Shown here: positions 1 to 6,929 of the stretch, one piece after another
How positions within the stretch are numbered: position 1 is the first letter of the stretch
Layout: every line of letters begins with the position of its first letter
Origin: Candidatus Asbonarchaeum danakilense
Lineage (GTDB): Archaea > Nanohalarchaeota > Nanosalinia > Nanosalinales > Nanoanaerosalinaceae
Reading direction: 5' to 3'
Assembly: GCA_034190465.1 (NCBI GenBank)
Contig: JAXINV010000065.1
Location: 1-17,868, forward strand
DNA: 17,868 nt
Translations under genes and position numbers: made by a program
Notes under the pieces: model-generated
What the model saw: the letters and a program-made list of their open reading frames with translations, nothing else
Told to the model about the DNA's origin: nothing
Database searches by the model: none

Positions 1-248
1 TCGATACCGTCGATATCGTCGGGCGTCACGCCCGCCTCCTCCATCTGCTCCCGGTAGAACTCCGAGTTCTCCCAGGCGTACTCGACCGTGTACTGCAGGC
101 GCTCATCCTTTAGCTCCTGCAGCTCCTCATGACTCATATCATCGGGATTGACGTCGTAGAGGCCGTCAGCCTCCTTTGTCCCGACCAGTTCAGACGCTGT
201 TTCCAGATAGTCCGATACCGTGTCCCGCACCTGATCACTGATCCTCAT
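1..248 (-). CDS. Phenylacetate-CoA ligase (PaaK)-like adenylate-forming enzyme, N-terminal part (runs off the left edge of the window)
   Basis: Not in the ORF track; read manually. MRISDQVRDTVSDYLETASELVGTKEADGLYDVNPDDMSHEELQELKDERLQYTVEYAWENSEFYREQMEEAGVTPDDIDGI... matches the typical PaaK-family start (EEL..LQ.ERL...V.YA.ENS.FYR..M.EAGV.P.DI). ATG at 248 has SD-like GGTGG upstream; an in-frame alternative ATG is at 269. Confidence 0.8.
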   Translation of the reverse strand, partial: MRISDQVRDTVSDYLETASELVGTKEADGLYDVNPDDMSHEELQELKDERLQYTVEYAWENSEFYREQMEEAGVTPDDIDGI

Positions 249-283
249 CTCCACCACCTGGTTTGCCATTTTTCGGTGACAAA

Positions 284-298
284 CAAAAAGGTTTTTTG
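284..298. promoter_or_regulatory. Candidate bidirectional promoter core (CAAAAA-GGT-TTTTTG inverted repeat)
   Basis: Only AT-rich patch between the divergent genes. Each strand reads as an A-rich BRE-like run followed by a T-run. The + strand T-run starts 28 nt before ATG 320, consistent with a leaderless transcript. Confidence 0.4.
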
Positions 299-319
299 GT
301 CGCTGTGCCATGATTCAAT

Positions 320-889
320 ATGCGTGAATATAAAGTAGGCGGCTATCTCTGCCCCGTCGACGAACGGACACGGGAGACAGCCCACGCAATCGTGACCGAC
401 ACCGACGACAGCGATCATGCCGCACGCGAACTGTTCCACCACGTTAGAGAAAGCTTCTGCTGGGACATGACAAAGATACGTGGCACCCAACACCTCCTTG
501 CCGAGGAACCCGTCCGCGCGATGAGCTTCGACAAGTCGAACCTTCTCGTCTCCCTTGCACGCTCGCTCGGTATCCCTGCACGGTTCAACCTCATCCGCTG
601 CACCTTCCACAACGAGTACAAGGACCGCACCGACAGCTCGATCCACGCCCCCGTCGAACTCCGCCTCGACGGCGACTGGGTCACCGCAGACCCTGCATTC
701 GGCGAAGCCACTTCTCGGTTCAAGCCACCGTCACAGTTCGGCGAACAGACGTGGGAGGAGACCAGCAGCGAGAAAAAAGTATCCGAACTGCCGAAGAAAC
801 TCGTCCTGGGTTACAACTACCTGTTCCGGTTCCTCCATCCCGGCGTCCGTCGCATCAGGAACGAACTACGCGAGTGCCAGGAGATCTAA
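320..889 (+). CDS. Transglutaminase-like (TGc) fold protein with Ser in place of the catalytic Cys
   Basis: Motifs AMSFDKSNLLVSLARSLGIPAR, HAPVELRLDGDWVTADP match the transglutaminase-core pattern GxCxxKxxLLxALxRxxGIPAR...HxxxE...WxxxDP. Confidence 0.8.
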   Translation: MREYKVGGYLCPVDERTRETAHAIVTDTDDSDHAARELFHHVRESFCWDMTKIRGTQHLLAEEPVRAMSFDKSNLLVSLARSLGIPARFNLIRCTFHNEYKDRTDSSIHAPVELRLDGDWVTADPAFGEATSRFKPPSQFGEQTWEETSSEKKVSELPKKLVLGYNYLFRFLHPGVRRIRNELRECQEI

Positions 890-2112
890 TCCTCGAACGG
901 ACGGATCGCCGAGATGCGGTCCGCACCGCTGACCTCACCAGGACGCTCCCGGACAGCGGACTCCCGCTCCTGCTGGTTCGGCCAGAAGAACCCTTCCGCC
1001 ACGCGGTGAAACACCACCTGGCCGCGTTCACCGTACTCGACCGTCTCCCCCGCATCGTCGACGACATCGAACCGCATGAACGGTTCAAGCGGCGCGTATG
1101 CAAGTTCCTCATCTGCATCTGCTGCGAACGCCGGGCCCGTGAACGACGTCGCATACATCGCCGCGATGTCCGCATCCTCATACATCTCGTCGAGCGACTT
1201 GACAGCCCCTTTATCGACAGCCGTGCCGCCGAGCAGGATCGTATCGATGTCTTCAGGGGACGATACCGTTGCATCCTCCTGCAGCATACCGTACATCTTC
1301 TCCACGAGCGGTGGCGCTGTCGAGATGTTCGCCACCGGCTCCGACCGGAGATCCTCCTCCACCGATGTGAGCGTCGGCTTCATCCTGGCCAGGCCCTTGG
1401 CCGCGTAGAACGCCGTCCTCGGTCGCAGGACCGACAAGGGGTTGTCACTGACAGCGCCGAGCGCCCGGAGCTCATCCTTCAGCCCCTTGGACTCGATCCC
1501 TGTATAGTGGTTGATGGCGCCGCGCTCCTCCGTGAACCGATCATGGTGCTTCTCCCAGAGCCCGTACGGCCCCACGGAGAGCCAGTCGCCGTCGCCGGTA
1601 TCGTTCATATCGAGCACATAGTTGTACCAAGACACGACCTCGTCCGTCACCGTCTTCCGCCACGGCATCTCCTTCTTCTTGCCGGTCGTTCCTGACGACT
1701 TCGACATGTCGAAGTACTGCGGATCAGGCGTCAGTTTGTCGTACCTCGCGTCACCAGGGTCGTCCTCCCGGTGGAACAGACGAGGCATGAAATCCTCGAC
1801 CGGCCGCTGGCGGAGCTCGTCCTCCTCCGCCTCCGGTAGCTTATCCAGCTCCTCGAACGACTCGATCTCCTCCCGGGGATCGAAGTCCAGCTCCTCCTCA
1901 TACATTTCGCGCCAGAACGGGGCGCCGTACCGTTCATCGAACTGGATCTCCACCACACGCTGCAGGTATTTGTCAGGGTCGACCGCACCGTCCCTGTACG
2001 GGATCTCCGTCCCTTCATCGTCTCCCGTGTACAGCTCCAGCAACGAACTGTCCTCCAGCTCCGGCTTCAGCTCCTCCAGCGACATCTCGTGATAATCGGC
2101 AGGGTCGGACAT
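886..2112 (-). CDS. EhpF-like atypical adenylate-forming (ANL superfamily) enzyme
   Basis: ANL P-loop SSGTTGKKK, LLGGT and YATS motifs. N-terminal F...YGAPFW...LDFDPREEI..FEELDKLP....DELRQRPVEDFMPR and C-terminal VEYGERGQVVFH......PNQQERESA resemble EhpF-type proteins that lack the small C-terminal ANL domain. ATG 2112 is preferred to TTG 2139. Confidence 0.75.
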   Translation of the reverse strand: MSDPADYHEMSLEELKPELEDSSLLELYTGDDEGTEIPYRDGAVDPDKYLQRVVEIQFDERYGAPFWREMYEEELDFDPREEIESFEELDKLPEAEEDELRQRPVEDFMPRLFHREDDPGDARYDKLTPDPQYFDMSKSSGTTGKKKEMPWRKTVTDEVVSWYNYVLDMNDTGDGDWLSVGPYGLWEKHHDRFTEERGAINHYTGIESKGLKDELRALGAVSDNPLSVLRPRTAFYAAKGLARMKPTLTSVEEDLRSEPVANISTAPPLVEKMYGMLQEDATVSSPEDIDTILLGGTAVDKGAVKSLDEMYEDADIAAMYATSFTGPAFAADADEELAYAPLEPFMRFDVVDDAGETVEYGERGQVVFHRVAEGFFWPNQQERESAVRERPGEVSGADRISAIRPFED

Positions 2113-2236
2113 GTGGACAGATGGCCGCCCCTCCCTCAAATATCTTTCGGAAATTTACCACATAACAGTGACACCCGGCAGCATCGGCCGGCACCAACCT
2201 ATTTAACTCACAAAACCGGTTATATCACCAGTAGAC

Positions 2237-4222
2237 ATGGTACTGGATTCTCTGAAGAAGCAGTTCCAGAACCTGGCCGGTTCCTCGGAGGAAGACGAGG
2301 AGGAAGAGTCAACGTTCACCTTGAAGAGCGCCTCCGAGAACCTCGTCGTCATCCCTAAGCAGGACGACGTCAGGGAGATCGACGTCCGGTACTCCCTGCT
2401 CGCCCCGTTCGCCGACGCCCACATCACCTGGGATGACGAACAGGAAGAACTCGTCTACAACATCGAAGAACCGAAGCTCAACCCGCGGGAACAGAAGATA
2501 TTCAACAACATCAAAGACGCGCTCGAACAGAAAATCGAGGTCTCGCTCGAAGAGCTGGATACCACAGACAAGGTCGTCAACTACCTCGGCAGCAAGATCG
2601 ACGAGGTCACCAAGGAGCTCGGCATCAGGCTCGACGAAGAGGAACGGACCAAGATCATGTACTTCGTCTACAGGAACTTCGCCGGGCTCAACGAGATCGA
2701 GCCCCTCATGCACGACCCGTACATCGAAGACATCGGCTGCTCGGGCACCGGCATCCCCATATTCATCATCCACAGCAAGTTCGGCTCCATCAAGACCAAC
2801 CTCGTCTTCAACGACGAAGACGTCCTCAAGAACCTCGTCGTCAAGCTCGCCGAGCGCTGCGGCAAGTACGTCTCCTATGCACAGCCCCTGCTCGACGGCG
2901 CCCTGCCCGACGGCTCGCGTGTCAACGCCAGCCTGACACAGGACGTCACCACGAAGGGACCAACATTCTCCATCCGTAAATTCCAGGAGACACCCTACTC
3001 CGCCGTCGACCTGATCGACCTCGGCACAGCCAACTACGAGATCATGGCATACTTCTGGATGGCGCTGGAGTACCAGAAATCCATCCTCGTCTCCGGCGGG
3101 ACCGCGACCGGAAAGACCACCTTCCTCAACTCCGTCGTCACGTTCATCCCGCCCGAGCAGAAGATCGTATCAATCGAAGACACGCGCGAGCTCCAACTCC
3201 CCCACGAGAACTGGATCCCCTCCGTCGCACGGACCGGGTTCGGGGGCGGGGAGGACTCCGAGACAGACATCGGCATGTACCGCCTACTCAAGGAGAGCTT
3301 CCGGCAGAACCCTGACTACGTCGTCGTCGGAGAGGTCCGTGGCGAAGAGGCATCCGTCCTGTTCCAGGGCATGTCCTCAGGCCACCCCTCGCTCGGAACC
3401 ATCCACGCATCCAGCCCCGGCGACGTCGTCAAGCGGCTGACAACCCCGCCGATCAACCTGTCGCCGTCCCTCGTCGAGACACTCGACCTTATCGTCATCA
3501 TGACACGTGCACGACAGTACGGCGAGAACGCACGCCGTGTCAAGGGAGTCTACGAGGTCGAAGCCATCACCCCCGAGGGCTCTCCACGTACCAACGAATA
3601 CATCTCCTGGACACCGGTCGACGACACCTACAGCTTCAAGAACGAATCCACCATCCTCGACCAGATCAAACAACAGTTCGGGTACACCCAGGACGAGCTG
3701 GAGGAAGAGCTGGAGAACCGGCGGAAGGTCCTCGAATGGATGCACGACAACGGCTACTCCAACTTCGCCGACGTCGCACGGATCGTATCAGAATACTACA
3801 AAGACAAAGAAAGCGTCATCGACGCGATCGAACAGGAAGACGTCGGCATGCAACAGTTCATGAGCGAAGAAACAGCCGCACAGAGCTCGATGTCCGCCAG
3901 CCTGGAATCAGCGCAGCAGCAGATGGTCGAAGAGAAACAGGAATCCGAGGCAGCAGAAGCCCTCAAGGAGCAGAAAGAGGCCGTCCAGGAACAGCAACAA
4001 CAGCAACCCGTTCCAGGCGAACAACCAGGCCCCGAAGACATGGACGAACAACAGCAGACAGAAGAACCGTCAGAAAGGGAAGAATCACAGCAAGAGCAGT
4101 CCAGGGCACAGCCAGAGGAGCCCACCGGAGACGAAGAGCAGAAGCAGGAGGAAAAGCCAAAGACCGGGGAGGACCTGTTCGAGGACGCGGAGAACCTCGA
4201 CGAGAACCCATTCGAGGACTAG
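2237..4222 (+). CDS. Type IV pilus / type II-IV secretion assembly ATPase (VirB11/TadA/PilB/FlaI family) with long acidic Gln-rich C-terminal tail
   Basis: Walker A GGTATGKTT, Asp box IEDTREL, Walker B YVVVGEVRG, His box GHPSLGTIHA, plus LPDGSRVNA and GPTFSIRKF. TATA-like TATTTAA lies about 35 nt upstream. Confidence 0.95.
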   Translation: MVLDSLKKQFQNLAGSSEEDEEEESTFTLKSASENLVVIPKQDDVREIDVRYSLLAPFADAHITWDDEQEELVYNIEEPKLNPREQKIFNNIKDALEQKIEVSLEELDTTDKVVNYLGSKIDEVTKELGIRLDEEERTKIMYFVYRNFAGLNEIEPLMHDPYIEDIGCSGTGIPIFIIHSKFGSIKTNLVFNDEDVLKNLVVKLAERCGKYVSYAQPLLDGALPDGSRVNASLTQDVTTKGPTFSIRKFQETPYSAVDLIDLGTANYEIMAYFWMALEYQKSILVSGGTATGKTTFLNSVVTFIPPEQKIVSIEDTRELQLPHENWIPSVARTGFGGGEDSETDIGMYRLLKESFRQNPDYVVVGEVRGEEASVLFQGMSSGHPSLGTIHASSPGDVVKRLTTPPINLSPSLVETLDLIVIMTRARQYGENARRVKGVYEVEAITPEGSPRTNEYISWTPVDDTYSFKNESTILDQIKQQFGYTQDELEEELENRRKVLEWMHDNGYSNFADVARIVSEYYKDKESVIDAIEQEDVGMQQFMSEETAAQSSMSASLESAQQQMVEEKQESEAAEALKEQKEAVQEQQQQQPVPGEQPGPEDMDEQQQTEEPSEREESQQEQSRAQPEEPTGDEEQKQEEKPKTGEDLFEDAENLDENPFED

Positions 4223-4722
4223 GCCTTCCGGATCCTGAACGTACAGCTCTCCTCTCCCTGTGCACAGCACCCGGTCTCGTTCACCACGTACTTCTCACCC
4301 GTATACTGCTCCAGCGCGCCGGCGACGAAGCCCGAAACAAAGAAACACGCCGGCTTGTCCGCCTCAGGCCCGTTGAACGTGAAAGCGCTCTCATATAACC
4401 GGGCATACGACTCGCCGTCCGCATCGACCTCCTCCAGCTCCAGGCGGCCGACCCCGAGACGTTCAAATACCGTTGCAACCCGTTCAAAGACGTTCTCAAA
4501 GCTTGTAGCATCGAATTCGATGTTCTTCGAATACTTCGCACCTGCAAAATACATCAGCTGCTGGCTTCCGACAGACACCGACTGTAGCGCATATATTAGC
4601 TCTCGGAGGGCGTGGATATGTACCGTATCGTCGAACTCATCCCGTATCTCGTCCGTTTCCTCATCGTTCACAATCTTCGTATCAGTCTTCGCAAGTTCAG
4701 TGAGCGCAGATTCAAAATCCAT
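4219..4722 (-). CDS. V4R (4-vinyl reductase) domain small-ligand-binding protein
   Basis: LGVGRLE...ESAF...KPACFFVSGFVAG...VNETGCCAQGEESCTF, with the C/E/C/C putative Zn ligands of V4R domains. SD GGAGG lies upstream of the ATG. Confidence 0.88.
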   Translation of the reverse strand: MDFESALTELAKTDTKIVNDEETDEIRDEFDDTVHIHALRELIYALQSVSVGSQQLMYFAGAKYSKNIEFDATSFENVFERVATVFERLGVGRLELEEVDADGESYARLYESAFTFNGPEADKPACFFVSGFVAGALEQYTGEKYVVNETGCCAQGEESCTFRIRKA

Positions 4723-5020
4723 CGTATCCCTCCAGGTTCCTCCAGATCGTCAGCAGCACCCGGAACACCAAGATATTGCCGACAGTGAAGTACAGATTGA
4801 ACGTGTTGAAAATCAGAGCCCGCGGATTGGAGACGAACACAAGCTCAAGAATCGACGACGTCGCAATCATCGCCAGCCCTGTTGACAGCATGATCCAGCT
4901 GCGGGGCTGCGAGCCAATCATCCTCGTCTCCGCGAGCACGCGGAACAGATAGAACAGGAATAACGTTCCGAACAGCGCCGAAAGACCGTACAGCCCCAGG
5001 AGCACCACCGCCCACCTCAT
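4712..5020 (-). CDS. Small integral membrane protein, about 3 TM helices (paralogue of 5017..5313)
   Basis: Three hydrophobic stretches; ATGA overlap with the upstream gene; stop overlaps the V4R start region. Confidence 0.8.
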   Translation of the reverse strand: MRWAVVLLGLYGLSALFGTLFLFYLFRVLAETRMIGSQPRSWIMLSTGLAMIATSSILELVFVSNPRALIFNTFNLYFTVGNILVFRVLLTIWRNLEGYDGF

Positions 5021-5313
5021 ACCGCCACCACCTCATACAGCTGGCGTACACCCAGGAACAGCGACGCGAACCCGACGACCCCGACAACAGCCGATATGAC
5101 GCGGATATCGTAGACCCGGAACACTGGACTGATCCAGACAAACATGTTCAGCGACAGGTGGATGACGATCATCCCGATACCTAACGCCAGCATCGTCCAC
5201 GCCTGGGGCGCCTCCGCCACAGGCGTCACCTCGGAGAAGATCTTGATCACCATAAAGATATTGATCGAAGCGAATAGCAGTGAAAACGTGTTCAGAAGGA
5301 GCGAAAGCATCAT
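5017..5313 (-). CDS. Small integral membrane protein, about 3 TM helices (paralogue of 4712..5020)
   Basis: Three hydrophobic stretches; start overlaps the KaiC-like gene stop (ATGATG); shares PxxWxMLxxGxxMI with its neighbour. Confidence 0.8.
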   Translation of the reverse strand: MMLSLLLNTFSLLFASINIFMVIKIFSEVTPVAEAPQAWTMLALGIGMIVIHLSLNMFVWISPVFRVYDIRVISAVVGVVGFASLFLGVRQLYEVVAV

Positions 5314-6002
5314 TCCACCACCTCAAGGCCATCATCAGTTATCTCGAACTCGTGCCAGTCGCGTTCATGTGACGTCCTCGACATCCGTGAAACCACCAGT
5401 TTCCTGGTGTCGCCCTCCATCTCGAACCTGATCACGCCGTCCGCCACATAGTTCAGCGTCGAAATCGCCTCCTCGTCCTGCACGCCTTCCTCCACCGTCA
5501 GCAGCAGCACACCATTGTTCGCCTTGGTCTTCGCGCTGACAACCTGGAGGAACTTCGCCGCAGAATCCTTGTCCGTGTAGAGGATCAGCGTCGAGACCGA
5601 ATCGATCACCATCCGTTTCTCGATGTCCCCCACATCCCGGAGCGCATCGGTCAACGTCATATTGATCTGGTTCAGGTCGGAGGGTCCCTGGATAGCGTAC
5701 TTGCCCTCCACTTCTTCCCCGAGACGCCAGGAGTACGCGTCCATGAACACGAACTTGTCCTCATGCTCCATGAAATCCCAGCCGAACGAGCGGGCATTGT
5801 CCAGCACGTCGTCTGGAGCGTCATCCAACGCGATGAACAGCCCTCCCTGGTCCTCCTCCAGACCCTGCTGCATGAACTGACTGCAGAACGTCGACTTACC
5901 AACCCCTGGAGCACCGCGGAGTAGTATCGTGGCCCCCTTGGGAAAACCTCCTTCAAGAAGGTCATCAAGACCCGGTATCCCTGTTTTCTGTCGATCAGTC
6001 AT
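5310..6002 (-). CDS. Single-domain KaiC/RAD55-like RecA-superfamily ATPase (KaiC-like 1)
   Basis: TGIPGLDDLLEGGFPKG, Walker A GAPGVGKS, FGWD, Walker B MVIDSVS, VADGVI. Confidence 0.92.
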   Translation of the reverse strand: MTDRQKTGIPGLDDLLEGGFPKGATILLRGAPGVGKSTFCSQFMQQGLEEDQGGLFIALDDAPDDVLDNARSFGWDFMEHEDKFVFMDAYSWRLGEEVEGKYAIQGPSDLNQINMTLTDALRDVGDIEKRMVIDSVSTLILYTDKDSAAKFLQVVSAKTKANNGVLLLTVEEGVQDEEAISTLNYVADGVIRFEMEGDTRKLVVSRMSRTSHERDWHEFEITDDGLEVVE

Positions 6003-6141
6003 GCGGATCGGCCCCTACCAGCCCACACAAAGCATCCGGGTGGTGCGCATAAATTACTTGTGGTAACCGCGCTGTACCCCACAGCCATCGGCGGCAACGC
6101 AGCAACGGCCAGCAGCAGACCGTGGCACCGCGTCGCACGGC

Positions 6142-6155
6142 AAAGTTATTTATTA
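6142..6155 (+). promoter_or_regulatory. BRE/TATA-like promoter of the kaiC-like 2 / tadC / tadC unit
   Basis: AAAGTTATTTATTA in an otherwise GC-rich intergenic region, 30-40 nt upstream of ATG 6187. Confidence 0.5.
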
Positions 6156-6186
6156 GCAGAGAAAGAAAGTTGTGAGTGATGCATCT

Positions 6187-6918
6187 ATGCCGGAGGTAAA
6201 GAAACTCAGAACAGGGATACAGGGGCTCGACGAACTCCTCAACGGCGGCATCCCCGAGAACCACTCCGTCTTCCTCGCCGGACCCGCTGGATCAGGGAAG
6301 ACGACCTTCGGACTCGAGTTCCTCTACAAAGGAGCCAAGGAATACGGTCAAAACGGCCTCTACATCTCCTTCGAGGAGACAAAAGAACAGATAATCGGCG
6401 ATCTCCCGTTCAACTGGGATATCAAAGAGCTGATGAAGAGCGGCGACCTCAACGTCGTCAAGTACGACCCGTACCAGTACGAGGACGTCATCGACCTCAT
6501 CAGGAGCTCCGTCAAGGATAACCAGGCAGAGCGCGTTGTTGTCGACTCGCTGACAGCGCTCAGCCTGTACGTAGACAACACAAAGGACGTCAGGAAACTC
6601 ATCCTCGACATGAACGAGCAGCTCCGGGACCTCGGCGTGACGACAATATATACAGGCGAAATCAAGTCCGGGCACCCCGAAGAGATCTCTCGATACGGTG
6701 TCGAAGAGTTCATCGCCGACGGCGTCATCACGCTCCTGCTCTCACAGGACGGTGCCGAGCTCACCAACCGCGTACTCGTCCGGAAGATGCGTGGCACCGA
6801 CCATGACAAGAAGATCCACCCCTTCAAGTTCAATACAGACGGACTCAAGGTATACGCCAAAGAAGAGGCCTTCGAATCCTCATCAGATAGTAGTTCGCGA
6901 ACTGACGAACCATTCTGA
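6187..6918 (+). CDS. Single-domain KaiC/RAD55-like RecA-superfamily ATPase (KaiC-like 2)
   Basis: TGIQGLDELLNGGIP, Walker A GPAGSGKT, YISFEE, VVVDSL, GVEEFIADGVI, RKMRGTDH. An alternative GTG start is at 6172. Confidence 0.93.
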   Translation: MPEVKKLRTGIQGLDELLNGGIPENHSVFLAGPAGSGKTTFGLEFLYKGAKEYGQNGLYISFEETKEQIIGDLPFNWDIKELMKSGDLNVVKYDPYQYEDVIDLIRSSVKDNQAERVVVDSLTALSLYVDNTKDVRKLILDMNEQLRDLGVTTIYTGEIKSGHPEEISRYGVEEFIADGVITLLLSQDGAELTNRVLVRKMRGTDHDKKIHPFKFNTDGLKVYAKEEAFESSSDSSSRTDEPF

Positions 6919-6929
6919 TAGCCAGAAAC

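Noticed and set aside
4219..5020. Frameshifted fusion of the membrane protein and V4R
   Set aside because: V4R has its own ATG with a good GGAGG SD, and short overlaps are the norm in this window.
5017..5313. SemiSWEET / PQ-loop transporter (3 TMs and a PQ dipeptide)
   Set aside because: The PQ lies just before TM2 rather than at the end of TM1, the paralogue has PR, and other SemiSWEET signatures are absent.
5310..6918. Circadian clock (kaiABC) interpretation
   Set aside because: Both proteins are single-domain and no KaiA or KaiB is present. The ST dipeptide in KaiC-like 1 (AISTLNYVAD) appears out of register with the cyanobacterial phosphosites.
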